From positions 18,955-82,954 of the forward strand of contig CAZVEZ010000001.1 of NCBI GenBank assembly GCA_964626135.1: a DNA stretch of 64,000 nucleotides, read 5' to 3'. The position numbers and the translations under genes are program-made. The notes beneath the pieces were generated by a model, which was given only the letters and a program-made list of their open reading frames with translations, was not told where the DNA came from and searched no databases. Position 1 is the first letter of the stretch; each line of letters begins with the position of its first letter. This stretch comes from an uncultured Nitrospira sp. (GTDB lineage Bacteria; Nitrospirota; Nitrospiria; Nitrospirales; Nitrospiraceae). Positions 38,490 to 48,181 of the stretch are shown here, in pieces.

Positions 38490-39673
38490 GGTGGTTCCTA
38501 TTCTGTTATTGGTATGAACCGGACGCGCCGTCCGATCCCGTAGGGCTCGTTCGTCTCTGGACCTTGGCGCGCCAGCTTGTCGAACGGGGCGACAGTGTCA
38601 CAGTCCTGCCTCCTCGGTATCGATCTGCGCTGCTCCAGAAGGGATTTTCGACCGCGCCGATTCCGCTCCTTCCTTGGCCGGTGCTGCGTCCGGTTTCTTA
38701 TGCGGTTCTCTCCTGTATCGTCGGACTTCTGCGGGCCTGGCGATCGAAACCGGACGTCGTCTATTACCGCTGGATGGACAGTCCGCACCCATTGTTGTTT
38801 GCGAGACTGGTCGGAGCGCAGTGCGTCTGTGAAGTGAACGGGGAGCCGGTGCCTGAGTGGTCAGAGACCGGGCGCAGGCTCAAAAGGAGACTCAAACACT
38901 GGTTGGCGTCCTTTGCCCTCAGCCGGTGCGACCGCGTCGTTGTGCTGACCGATGGATTACGCGATCTTGTTATTCGCCGCTATGGTGTTGCCTCCGAGCG
39001 GGTTGCCGTGTTGCCGAGTGGAACAGATACCGGCTTATTTGTTCCTCAGGACGTCGCAGCCTGCCGGCGTCGAATTGGAGTAGGCGTAGAGCGGGACTAC
39101 ATCGGATTTGTCGGGAGTTTCTACCGGTATCAAGGATTGCACTGTTTACTGGAGGCGATGGCCATCGTCCGGCGCACGATGCCATCTGTCCATCTGCTTC
39201 TGGTCGGTGACGGAGAGGCTTCTCTGGAATTGAAAGCACAGGCGGATCGTCTGGCGCTGAATCCCTGTATCACCTGGGCCGGCAGAATACCCTATCAGGA
39301 GGTTCCCCTGTGGATCGGCGCCATGACGCTCTGTGTCGCTCCATTCCGGGGCGACCGGGGCGAAGCATCTCCGGTGAAAATTTTCGATTACCTTGCCTGT
39401 GGAAAACCCGTGATCGCCAGTGCGATCCCTTCCGTCTCCACGACGTTTGTTCAAGGAGGCGGAGTCGCTTTTGTTCCACCGGACGATCCATCGGCATTAG
39501 CTCAGGCGGTATTGGCCCTCTTGAACGATCCTGGCCGCCAAGTCCGAATGTCAGCCAGTGGGCGTCGCGATGTGGAGCAACGTTTTAACTGGAGATCCAT
39601 CACCAATCGCTTGAGAGAATGGCTTGCTACCGAAAAGGCGTCGATACACCATGCGCATCCTCGTATTCTGTGA
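38486..39673 (+). CDS. Glycosyltransferase family 4 (GT-B)
   Basis: The C-terminal Glycos_transf_1 pattern reads IGFVGSFYRYQGL...LLLVGDGEA...SPVKIFDYLACGKPVIAS. An ATGA overlap links it to the preceding gene. Confidence 0.8.
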   Translation: MRWFLFCYWYEPDAPSDPVGLVRLWTLARQLVERGDSVTVLPPRYRSALLQKGFSTAPIPLLPWPVLRPVSYAVLSCIVGLLRAWRSKPDVVYYRWMDSPHPLLFARLVGAQCVCEVNGEPVPEWSETGRRLKRRLKHWLASFALSRCDRVVVLTDGLRDLVIRRYGVASERVAVLPSGTDTGLFVPQDVAACRRRIGVGVERDYIGFVGSFYRYQGLHCLLEAMAIVRRTMPSVHLLLVGDGEASLELKAQADRLALNPCITWAGRIPYQEVPLWIGAMTLCVAPFRGDRGEASPVKIFDYLACGKPVIASAIPSVSTTFVQGGGVAFVPPDDPSALAQAVLALLNDPGRQVRMSASGRRDVEQRFNWRSITNRLREWLATEKASIHHAHPRIL

Positions 39674-40838
39674 TGAAGACCTGAGTGTTGCAGCAGGCGG
39701 AGCCCGGCAGGTGCTGGAATTTGCCAACGCCATGTCTCGGCGTTCCCATACCATTCGGATTGTGGCGCCCAGGCCGGCGCAAGGGCATCAGCTCGCGCAG
39801 GAGTTTGCCACGCTGTCGTTCCGGCCTGTGCCGGTCTGGCGGGTGGCTGGTCTTCGGCCGTTCTCTTTCTTGATTGCTTCGTGGCGCGCCTTGCGGGAGG
39901 AACTGGCGGCGTGGCGGCCGGATGTGCTTCTGTGGTTCGATTCACCGGGACAGATGGCTCCTCTGCTTGCCCTGTCCGGCCACGCCTGTGCGAGCGTGCT
40001 CTTTGTCAATGGGTTGCCGGAGGAAGAAGTGCATGGGGTCTGGCGTCTGCCGTTCATGCGATGGGTGCTTCGAACGGCGTTGAAGACGGCTGCACACCGT
40101 GTCCAGGGGGTGGTGAGCATCTGCCGTGAGATCGTGACACAGATGCAGGATATGTGGAACGTTCCCCCGGACCATTGCCATGTGATTCGTAATGGAGTTG
40201 ACGAGGATCGTTTCCACCCTCAATCGCATGAGGCGGCCAGGAACGTTCTCGGACTACCATCCGAAGGCTTCTACATCGGATTTGTCGGCGGATTCTTTCC
40301 CTGGCATGGCTTGGAAACATTAATCGAAGCCGTGCCATGCGTGCATGCCAAAGTGCCCTCAGCCAGATTTGTGCTGGTGGGAGACGGCCATACGAAACAG
40401 GCGCTGGAACAGCTCGTTGAGCAACAAGGGCTGACGGATGTCGTCCGCTTCGTCGGTCGGGCTGATTGGGCGCAGGTGCCGGCATGGATTGCGGCCTGCG
40501 ATGTCTGTGTCGTGTTGCACCGGCAGACTCGATCCTATCCCGGTGACTCCATGAAGTTGTGGGAATATCTGTCGTGTGGACGCCCCGTTATCACGACAGC
40601 CGGACCGGGGTATGGAGAGACGGTGGAAGCCATCGGCTGCGGGCTCGCAGCCGAGCCGGACAATGCCCGGGATGTGGCCCGGCAGCTCATTCGTCTTCTT
40701 GAGGACCCTGATGAGCGGATAAAAATGGGCGACCGGGGGCGGATGGCAGTCATCCAGTCCCATACGTGGGACGCGCGCGCCAGAGAATTGGAACTGGTGT
40801 GCAGCGCAGCGCTGGAATCAACGCGGCGGACAACATGA
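39651..40838 (+). CDS. Glycosyltransferase family 4 (GT-B)
   Basis: It starts MRILVFCDEDLSVAAGGARQV and contains FVGGFFPWHGL...FVLVGDGH...MKLWEYLSCGRPVITT. The track ORF was trimmed to the ATG at 39651. Confidence 0.85.
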   Translation: MRILVFCDEDLSVAAGGARQVLEFANAMSRRSHTIRIVAPRPAQGHQLAQEFATLSFRPVPVWRVAGLRPFSFLIASWRALREELAAWRPDVLLWFDSPGQMAPLLALSGHACASVLFVNGLPEEEVHGVWRLPFMRWVLRTALKTAAHRVQGVVSICREIVTQMQDMWNVPPDHCHVIRNGVDEDRFHPQSHEAARNVLGLPSEGFYIGFVGGFFPWHGLETLIEAVPCVHAKVPSARFVLVGDGHTKQALEQLVEQQGLTDVVRFVGRADWAQVPAWIAACDVCVVLHRQTRSYPGDSMKLWEYLSCGRPVITTAGPGYGETVEAIGCGLAAEPDNARDVARQLIRLLEDPDERIKMGDRGRMAVIQSHTWDARARELELVCSAALESTRRTT

Positions 40839-42331
40839 TCACCAGCCATGACATGGTAATCGCAGAAGCGCAGGTCAAAGAGCGCAGGGCTGAGCCGTCT
40901 GCGCCTCGCCTGCGCCACCGGATTCTCCAGGCCGGTGGATGGGCCGGCGCGGGATTTGTGGTGGATAAAGTGATTGCGGCGATCCAGCTCATGGTGGTGG
41001 CGCGCCTGCTCACTCCGGCCGATTTCGGCGTGATGGCTGCCTCTGCCACCATTGTCCTGGCGTTCATCACCATCAGTGAGCTGGGTCTGGAATCGGTCTT
41101 GATCGCCAAGGCCAAGGTTGACCGGGAAGATTTGGCTGTTGCATGGACGGTCTCGATTGTGCGGGGAGCCGCTATGGCCGCATGTCTCTGGGCAGCGGCC
41201 GAAATGATCGGTCAGGCTATGCAGATGCCCCAGTTGGCGTCGCTGTTGCGGGTGCATGCCTGGTTGCTCGTGTTGCAGGGGCTCCAGAGTCCGGCGATGG
41301 CAATCGTCTTAAAGAATCTGGATTTGCGGCGGCGTGTCACGATGGATCTCATCCGGCGTGTGATCGAGGCCGGCGCGATCATCGCGCTCGCGGTATGGCT
41401 CCGTAGCGTATGGGCGTTGTTGATCGGGCAACTGGTCGGCATGTGCATGGGCAGCCTCCTGTCATTCTGGGTGGCCCCATTCCGGCCATGTCTGTCGTTT
41501 CATCGCCCTGCATGGAGTTATTTTCTGAACTATGGAAAATATGTGAATGTCACGACGCTCTGTGTCTTCGGAGTCATGAGCGCAGGAGAATTGGTCATCG
41601 GTCGCATACTCGGGCAAGAGGCGTTGGGTTTCTATCAGATTGCGCTGGCGATTCCGCTCTTGTTGGGCGTGCGGGTCACCGCATTGATCCATCAGATCAG
41701 CATGCCGACCTACGCGTTGCTTCAACGGGACCCGCAAGGTGTGGCTCGTGTATTTGAACTTCAAATGAGCTTGATCGGGCTGGTGTTCATTCCACTGGCG
41801 GCCGGTATCGCCGTGCTTGCCCCGGTCATTGTGCCGGTTGCATTTGGCCCTCAATGGCTCGCCATTGTCGATCCACTGAGGGTGCTCTGTGTCTATGCCG
41901 TCTGCGCCGGATATTCAAGCGTGATGATCGCGTTGCACTATGGAGCGAACCGGCCAGATCTCCAAATGAAGAGTTGGGGGATACAGTTTCTCTTCTATGC
42001 CGTGGTGCTTGTGCCGATGACCATCAATTTTGGTCTCATCGGCGCCGCCGCCTCACTGGTCGCCAGCTATGTGGTCGGAGTGCTGCTGCAAAGTATGAAG
42101 ACCAGGGCCCTCATCGGACCGGCAGCGAGTACGACATTCTGGTCTGTTGGGAGGGCCGCTCTCCTCGCGGGACTTCTAGCCGGTATTCTTCTCCTGATGT
42201 CGGAATCAAGCACAACGCCACCGGCCTCCTGGATGCTGGTCTCCGCCGGCCTAGGAGGACTTGGACTCTATGGCTGGTATCTCTGGTCGGTGGAGGCGCC
42301 TCGATTGAAGGTTCTCTGGGAGCATCGTTGA
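40835..42331 (+). CDS. Polysaccharide flippase (Wzx; MOP/PST superfamily)
   Basis: About 498 aa with roughly 12-14 TM helices and an N-terminus typical of Polysacc_synt proteins (RILQAGGWAGAGFVVDKVIAAIQLMVVARLL). The start ATG 40835 overlaps the upstream stop (ATGA). Confidence 0.8.
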   Translation: MITSHDMVIAEAQVKERRAEPSAPRLRHRILQAGGWAGAGFVVDKVIAAIQLMVVARLLTPADFGVMAASATIVLAFITISELGLESVLIAKAKVDREDLAVAWTVSIVRGAAMAACLWAAAEMIGQAMQMPQLASLLRVHAWLLVLQGLQSPAMAIVLKNLDLRRRVTMDLIRRVIEAGAIIALAVWLRSVWALLIGQLVGMCMGSLLSFWVAPFRPCLSFHRPAWSYFLNYGKYVNVTTLCVFGVMSAGELVIGRILGQEALGFYQIALAIPLLLGVRVTALIHQISMPTYALLQRDPQGVARVFELQMSLIGLVFIPLAAGIAVLAPVIVPVAFGPQWLAIVDPLRVLCVYAVCAGYSSVMIALHYGANRPDLQMKSWGIQFLFYAVVLVPMTINFGLIGAAASLVASYVVGVLLQSMKTRALIGPAASTTFWSVGRAALLAGLLAGILLLMSESSTTPPASWMLVSAGLGGLGLYGWYLWSVEAPRLKVLWEHR

Positions 42332-42334
42332 CTG

Positions 42335-43078
42335 ATGACGAGCGCGATGATGCGCGGTGTAACAGCGTGGTGGAATCGACGCTATCCCGAATGGGTGCCT
42401 GAGATTGCGTTGCGGTATTTGCCGATTGTGGAATCGATTTGCGCCGAGCCGTCCCGAGGTTTGATCCTGGAGGTCGGAGTGAATCGCTCGGGCTTGACGA
42501 CCTATCTTCGTCGACCGGTCATCGGAGTGGATTGTGTGATGGCTGCCGAACGCGCAGCCCTTGTGATTCCGGTGCTTGCGAAGGGGCAGGCGTTACCCTT
42601 TCAGTCCGGAGCGTTCGAGGTCACGGTATGCATGGACACGCTTGAACATATCGAGTGTCCTGACCGGAACCGGTTTCTGCAGGAACTCATCAGGGTAACC
42701 AAGCGGCGGGTCTATATCGGGTGTCCGATGGGGCTTCAATCCGAGCGGGAAGATCATGCCTTGCAACAATATTATCGGGCGCAGAAAGGCGAACTCTTTC
42801 CGTTTCTTGATGAGCACATAGCCAATGGTCTTCCCAGGTTGGATCGTGTATTGGCCGAGATGGAGGGCATTGCCAAGGAAACCGGGAGACCGGTTCGACT
42901 CCATTGCGAACCGAATCTGAATGTGTGGGTGCATCGGATGCTGCTGCGCCTGTGGATGCGAACGGACCGGGTGAGCTACACCGTGCATCGTCTGGCCATT
43001 GTGCTGGTGCATGTGCGTCGATGGCTCAATGCCGGTCCCTGCTACCGGCAGATTATCGTGGCCGAATTCGATGCGTAA
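42335..43078 (+). CDS. Class I SAM-methyltransferase-like protein (degenerate motif I)
   Basis: ALPFQSGAFEVTVCMDTLEHI...RRVYIGCP matches the Methyltransf_11 post-I/II/III layout. However, the Gly-rich loop reads LEVGVNRSG instead of the usual DxGxGxG. Confidence 0.6.
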   Translation: MTSAMMRGVTAWWNRRYPEWVPEIALRYLPIVESICAEPSRGLILEVGVNRSGLTTYLRRPVIGVDCVMAAERAALVIPVLAKGQALPFQSGAFEVTVCMDTLEHIECPDRNRFLQELIRVTKRRVYIGCPMGLQSEREDHALQQYYRAQKGELFPFLDEHIANGLPRLDRVLAEMEGIAKETGRPVRLHCEPNLNVWVHRMLLRLWMRTDRVSYTVHRLAIVLVHVRRWLNAGPCYRQIIVAEFDA

Positions 43079-43084
43079 CGACGA

Positions 43085-44083
43085 ATGCGCATGATGCCGA
43101 TTGACACACCATATCCGGCTTGCCCGGCGATCGATCTGTCGATCGCCATCGTGAGTTACAACACGAAGGAAATCCTATTGGATTGCTTGCGGTCCGTGCA
43201 GACCCATACGACAACCCTCGCGTATGAAGTGATCGTGGTCGACAATGATTCACGGGACGGAACGGTGCCGGCGCTGACGGCCGCCTATCCTGCCATGAAG
43301 GTCGTGGCGAACCTGAACAACCGGGGTTTCGCGAAAGCCGTGAATCAGGCCCTGGCCGTGAGCCGTGGCCGGCACATGCTGTTGCTGAACAGCGACACGA
43401 TTGTCAGGGATCAGGCGCTTGCAACCATGGTGACGTACTTGGACGATCATCCCGACGTCGGGGCGGTGAGTTGTAAGCAATGGACGGGCGATGGCCATCT
43501 GAATCAAACCTGTTTCCCCTTTCCCTCCATACGTGATCACCTGTTCTACTCAGCCCTGTTCCAACGAATCTCGCCCGCCATGCAAGCGACCGCTGCGGCG
43601 ACGCATGCTGTCGATTGTACGCAATCCCAAGATGTCGATTGGGCGAACGGCGCATGCTTGATGATCCGGCGGTCATTACTGCAGCAGCTAGGGGGATTGG
43701 ACGAAGAGTTCTTTATGTACTTTGAAGACGTAGACCTCTGCCGGCGCCTGCGCCAGCAGGGGTATCGCATACACCATATCGCCGAGGCGGAAATCGTTCA
43801 CTTCATCGGTTGCAGCAGCGGCCGGGATCGTGAGCGACTGCAGCTCGTGTGGGAGTTCAGCCGCATCCGGTATGTCGAAAAGCATTTTTCTCCAGTCAAG
43901 CGTTGGCTGATGAAAGGGTGGATTGCGGCCGGAACCGGATGGCGATTGGCGCAAGCGATGTGGTCTGCGCCGGAAGCACGGCGCCGGCGGATACAGAATT
44001 GTCTGATGACAATCCGTCGATTGTGGAACGGACCGCGGCCGGTCGAGCAGATGCTTGCGTATTCATCCGGCCCGCACGTGTAG
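43085..44083 (+). CDS. Glycosyltransferase family 2 (GT-A)
   Basis: It contains LSIAIVSYNTKEILLDCLRSV, VIVVDNDSRDGT, LLLNSDT and the DEEFFMYFEDVDLCRR motif typical of WbbL/rhamnosyltransferase-like GT2. Confidence 0.88.
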   Translation: MRMMPIDTPYPACPAIDLSIAIVSYNTKEILLDCLRSVQTHTTTLAYEVIVVDNDSRDGTVPALTAAYPAMKVVANLNNRGFAKAVNQALAVSRGRHMLLLNSDTIVRDQALATMVTYLDDHPDVGAVSCKQWTGDGHLNQTCFPFPSIRDHLFYSALFQRISPAMQATAAATHAVDCTQSQDVDWANGACLMIRRSLLQQLGGLDEEFFMYFEDVDLCRRLRQQGYRIHHIAEAEIVHFIGCSSGRDRERLQLVWEFSRIRYVEKHFSPVKRWLMKGWIAAGTGWRLAQAMWSAPEARRRRIQNCLMTIRRLWNGPRPVEQMLAYSSGPHV

Positions 44084-44099
44084 GGAGAAGGACAATCGT

Positions 44100-44840
44100 A
44101 TGGAACGCCGAGAGGCCTATCCGACCGATACACAACACATCGTGAATTTGTCGGGATATGTGTGGGCAGCCGGGCAAGTTGCACACCTTGACCGTCTCTG
44201 TGTGCTGGATCTTGCCTGCGGGACGGGCTATGGATCCGACTATCTGAGTGGCAAGGCCGGTCGAGTCGTCGGGGTGGACTGCGCGCCTCAGATCGTCGTC
44301 CGCAACCGTGCCCGCTATGGTCATTCAGGCGCATCGTTTTTGGCGATGGATGGCTGTGCGCTCGGTTTCCGGGACGAATCCTTCGACTGTATCCTGTCGC
44401 AAGATACGATCGAACATATCATGGATGATCGACGGTTCGTCGCCGAGGTCGCGCGAGTTTTGCGCAAGACCGGCACGCTCGTCATCTTTACGCCTCACGG
44501 GAAAGGCGCGGCATACAAGCCGGAAGATCCCTATCACGTGCGAGAGTACAACCAAGAGGAGTTCCGGGACATCCTGTCGCCATATTTTTCGACTATCCGG
44601 TGGTTCGGTCGCCGCCAGGGAACGAGATTGAAAACAGCAGAGCGGTCGATGGACTCTGTGAGGCGGTTCGACCCAGGCGGCATTCGCAATGTCGTTCCGC
44701 GCCCGATTCGGCATTGGCTCGGCGGTCAGGTAAGCCGGTTTCATGGTGGACCTCGGTTGGAGGCCATTACCCCTGAAGATATTGAATATGAGGAAGGTGT
44801 AGCCGGCGATACGAACCTGATCGGGATTTGCACGAAATGA
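44100..44840 (+). CDS. Class I SAM-dependent methyltransferase
   Basis: The canonical motif I VLDLACGTGYG is present, followed by VVGVD and FDCILSQDTIEHI...GTLVIFTP. The track ORF was trimmed to the ATG at 44100. Confidence 0.85.
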   Translation: MERREAYPTDTQHIVNLSGYVWAAGQVAHLDRLCVLDLACGTGYGSDYLSGKAGRVVGVDCAPQIVVRNRARYGHSGASFLAMDGCALGFRDESFDCILSQDTIEHIMDDRRFVAEVARVLRKTGTLVIFTPHGKGAAYKPEDPYHVREYNQEEFRDILSPYFSTIRWFGRRQGTRLKTAERSMDSVRRFDPGGIRNVVPRPIRHWLGGQVSRFHGGPRLEAITPEDIEYEEGVAGDTNLIGICTK

Positions 44841-46171
44841 CTCTGATCAGTGACAAAAGATTAGACGGGCGATGGTCTCCTGCCGCACTGTTGATTGTGG
44901 CTGGTGTGCTGGGGTTGCTGGCCAGGGCCTGGACGATTCTGCACACGGAACGACAAGGATATGCCGTCGACGATCTGTTCGATGCGTTGGCTTGGAATCT
45001 GGCGACGAACAAGGTCTTTAGTCTTGACGGGACGACGCCGTCGGCCCATGCCGGTCCTCTCTATCCAGCGATCCTGGCTGCATTTTATGCCGTGGTAGGA
45101 CATAGGCCTGAGTGGGTGTGTTATCTCCATATCGTGTGTGATATCGCCGCTGCCTTCTGCATCTATCTGGTGGGGGCGCGGCTCTTTCACCCATGGATCG
45201 GCGCATTCGCGGCTGCGGCCCTGTTTCTCTATCCTGCCTATTGGACGTACGATCCTCGGATCAGGAACGAAAGCCTGTTGACGTGTCTTCTGAGTGCCTG
45301 GTTGTGGGCCATGGTCGTATGCCGTTCCTCGACCCGGATGTCCTCCTTCGTAGGGGCCGGATTACTGGCGGGTCTCACCATTTTGTGCAAGCCGGTGACG
45401 ATGGTGTTGGCCATCGCGCTGATCGGTCTTGTGTGTCTCGCTACAGGCTCTCTCCACGTTAAGGCTGCTCGCGTGAGCACGTATCTTGTGGCCTGTCTGC
45501 TTGTGGTCCTGCCGTGGACGATGCGTAACTATCAGGCTTTCGACCAGGTGATTCCTGTGTCTGCCGGAGTCGGCGCCGGACTCTGGATGGGGAGCGACCC
45601 GTTGTCTCGCGGGAGCTGGCCCATGCCGGACGCCATGGAGTCGCAGATTTGGGAGAGCGCCGGGATCACACCGTTGCCCTATGCCCATGCGATGTACGAC
45701 GTGTCGATCGATCGATTCTTGCGCGCGAAGGGATGGGCGCGGATTACGGCAGAGCCGGCGCGATACCTTTGGCTCTCCCTGACACGAGCATTCGATTTCT
45801 GGATCGGGAACTCATTCTATCTGGTGAGTTCGGAGCAGGGATTTATGCAGGGGTTCGCTGCGGATGCCGCCGACCGGGGCTGGCTGGTCGCCGTCTATAG
45901 CGTGGCGAAACGGCTGTTGCTCATTCCGGGGTTGGTCGCGCTGACGCTGTGGAGCGCCTGGTTCTATCGGTCTCGTTGGCGGGATCTCCTGCCTCTCTAT
46001 GTATTTCCGATCGGTCTGATGCTCGGCTACATCCCATTCACAGTGGAAGCTGGCCGGTATGCGCTGCCTGTGCTACCGTGCCTGATGGTCATGTCGGTGG
46101 CAGTCCTGGCGCAGACAGGTCTTCCCGTGGTGTCTCTGCGTCATCGGCAATTTCTTCCCATGAGGCCGTGA
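44837..46171 (+). CDS. GT-C fold membrane glycosyltransferase (ArnT/PMT-like, GT39/GT83-type)
   Basis: About 444 aa with roughly 10-12 TM helices. The first loop carries acidic AVDDLFD, as in ArnT/PMT-type enzymes, and the hydrophobic pattern is typical of PMT_2 proteins. The ATG at 44837 overlaps the upstream stop (ATGA). Confidence 0.68.
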   Translation: MTLISDKRLDGRWSPAALLIVAGVLGLLARAWTILHTERQGYAVDDLFDALAWNLATNKVFSLDGTTPSAHAGPLYPAILAAFYAVVGHRPEWVCYLHIVCDIAAAFCIYLVGARLFHPWIGAFAAAALFLYPAYWTYDPRIRNESLLTCLLSAWLWAMVVCRSSTRMSSFVGAGLLAGLTILCKPVTMVLAIALIGLVCLATGSLHVKAARVSTYLVACLLVVLPWTMRNYQAFDQVIPVSAGVGAGLWMGSDPLSRGSWPMPDAMESQIWESAGITPLPYAHAMYDVSIDRFLRAKGWARITAEPARYLWLSLTRAFDFWIGNSFYLVSSEQGFMQGFAADAADRGWLVAVYSVAKRLLLIPGLVALTLWSAWFYRSRWRDLLPLYVFPIGLMLGYIPFTVEAGRYALPVLPCLMVMSVAVLAQTGLPVVSLRHRQFLPMRP

Positions 46172-46176
46172 ATCGA

Positions 46177-47019
46177 ATGGGTTATGACCTCACCAGAAGC
46201 CAGTTCAATCACCTGATGCGAGCGTACGAACCGTCTCAGTACGAGACGTTTGGAGCGCAAGACGCGCGCTTCACCACGCCGATGCATCATGCGTTGAAAT
46301 GTCGTGATCGCCTCCATGTCGCGCTCAGAAGCGGATTGCAGCGATTGCCTGACGGACCGCAGACGATTGTGGATTTCGGTCCTTTCCCGGGCAGCCTGTT
46401 GCGACTCTTGCGTGGGATCGAGCCGACGAGAGCGGCGCGTTTGTTCGGCGCCGGGCTGATGACCAGTCCCGAGTTCGTGCAGTTCATGAAGCGAGACGCC
46501 GATGTGGAGATTCTCACCGTCAATCTGGATCCATCCGGACAACAATTCACGTCAAAAGGATACCAGGAAAAAGTCCCGCTGCCCGGCGATTCGGCACAGC
46601 TCGTGTTTGCGTTGGAGATTATTGAACACCTGACCTCGCCGTTTCATCTGATGACGGAAGCCTACAGAAGTTTGAAGTCCGGCGGCCATCTCGTGATTAC
46701 GACCCCGAACGTGACTCGCATCGGCAATGTCTTCAAGCTGTTGATCGGTCGATCACCCAACGATCGGCTGGCTCCTCCAGGCTACGACGATCCGAACGAT
46801 GAGTGGCGGCCGCATGCGCGAGAATATGCGATGCATGAATTGGCGGACATGCTGCGGCATGTCGGATTTGAAATTGCTCTGGAGAAGTTTTTTCTGGGCG
46901 AGGACACACAGAACTGCCGACAGACCGCGCGCCAGAGCCTGATCGATTGGGCGAAGGTTCCATTTTATCTTGTCCCGCATTTGCGCGGAAGTCTGTTGAT
47001 TCTGGGGAGAAAGCCGTGA
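46177..47019 (+). CDS. Class I SAM-methyltransferase-like protein (degenerate motif I)
   Basis: LVFALEIIEHLTSPFHLMTEAYRSLKSGGHLVITTPN is a typical methyltransferase core. The Gly loop reads VDFGPFPGS. The track ORF was trimmed to MGYDLTRS (ATG 46177). Confidence 0.65.
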   Translation: MGYDLTRSQFNHLMRAYEPSQYETFGAQDARFTTPMHHALKCRDRLHVALRSGLQRLPDGPQTIVDFGPFPGSLLRLLRGIEPTRAARLFGAGLMTSPEFVQFMKRDADVEILTVNLDPSGQQFTSKGYQEKVPLPGDSAQLVFALEIIEHLTSPFHLMTEAYRSLKSGGHLVITTPNVTRIGNVFKLLIGRSPNDRLAPPGYDDPNDEWRPHAREYAMHELADMLRHVGFEIALEKFFLGEDTQNCRQTARQSLIDWAKVPFYLVPHLRGSLLILGRKP

Positions 47020-48179
47020 CACCGATTGTCCTTGCAGAACTGGCCGGGTCCGCAGCCTACGGAGGTGGCGAACGGTATCTGGAATTGCTCTTTGACCGAC
47101 TCGACCGGGCCCGGTATCGAGGGCTGCTGATCTGTCCGGAGCCCGGTCCATTCGTAGGTCGGATGAAGGAGCGGGGGGTGGATACACAGCTCGTCCAGTT
47201 GGCGCCGCTGTTCAACCCCATGGCCCTCTGGCGGTTGACGCGATTGCTTGCGCGGGAGCGAGTGACGATTCTTCAAACGCACGGAGCCAGGGCGAATTTT
47301 TACGGGCGAATTGCGGGGCGTCTGGCCGGTGTGCCGGTGATCATCTCGACCGTGCATAATTCATTGAAGGACTACGAGGTCCGTTCGCTCACACGTGGGC
47401 TCTATATGTTCCTGTTGCGTGTGACGCTTCCGCTCGCACAGCGGATCATCTGTGTTTCGGATGCCAATCGTTGTGACCTGCTCGACGAGTGTCCGGCAGC
47501 GGAATCACGGACTCAGACGGTCTATAACGGTGTAGACCTGTCGGCTTTTCCTTCTCATCCGGATCGCACAAAAGTCAGGAAAGAGCTCGATATCGTGCCG
47601 GGGCCGGTATTGGTCATGATCGCCCGGTTGACGGAAATGAAGGGGCATCGCTACCTATTAGAAGCGCTTCCAAGTTTGATTGAAAGATGGCCGCAGCTCT
47701 GTTGTGTCTGTGTGGGAGAAGGCGAACTTCGTGACCAACTGCGCCATCTGGCCGTCGAACTGAATGTTGAGCGGTCCTGCAAGTTTGTGGGAACCCGTGA
47801 GGATATCGCCGATGTCCTGGCTGCCGCGGATGTCGTGGTGTTGCCGTCTCTATCGGAAGGGTTTCCGTTTGTCCTATTGGAAGCGCTGGCCATGGGCTGT
47901 CCCGTGGTTGCATCGCGTGTCAACGGTGTTTCGGAATTAATTGAAAACCATAAGACAGGATTGCTTGTTCCGGCGCGGGATACGCAGGCCTTGGCAGCGG
48001 CCATTCGAGAAATGCTGAGCGATCCGACCGCCGCATTAAAGATGGGAGCGGAGGGACGAGCTGTGGTGCAAGAGCGGTTTACCGTGGACCGAATGGTCGC
48101 GAATACGACGGCGATCTTTGATGCGACGCTGGAGGACGCTGCCGTCCGCGCGCTTGTCCAGAAACGAGCGGTGACCTGA
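47016..48179 (+). CDS. Glycosyltransferase family 4 (GT-B)
   Basis: It contains GGGERYLELL, IARLTEMKGHRYL, CVGEGELR and SLSEGFPFVLLEALAMGCPVVASRVNG (an EX7E-like motif). The GTG at 47016 overlaps the upstream stop (GTGA). Confidence 0.88.
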   Translation: MTPIVLAELAGSAAYGGGERYLELLFDRLDRARYRGLLICPEPGPFVGRMKERGVDTQLVQLAPLFNPMALWRLTRLLARERVTILQTHGARANFYGRIAGRLAGVPVIISTVHNSLKDYEVRSLTRGLYMFLLRVTLPLAQRIICVSDANRCDLLDECPAAESRTQTVYNGVDLSAFPSHPDRTKVRKELDIVPGPVLVMIARLTEMKGHRYLLEALPSLIERWPQLCCVCVGEGELRDQLRHLAVELNVERSCKFVGTREDIADVLAAADVVVLPSLSEGFPFVLLEALAMGCPVVASRVNGVSELIENHKTGLLVPARDTQALAAAIREMLSDPTAALKMGAEGRAVVQERFTVDRMVANTTAIFDATLEDAAVRALVQKRAVT

Positions 48180-48181
48180 AG

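Noticed and set aside
45949-46176. N-terminal extensions proposed by the ORF track. Examples are 45949..46176, 58672..58947, 22603..22719, 6394..6507, 12387..12536, 12917..13069, 40766..40834, 51218..51274 and 44055..44099.
   Set aside because: The extensions overlap the 3' ends of upstream genes in another frame. They are Arg/Ser/Pro-rich and precede internal starts that give canonical family N-termini, often with ATGA/GTGA coupling. I trimmed these genes accordingly.
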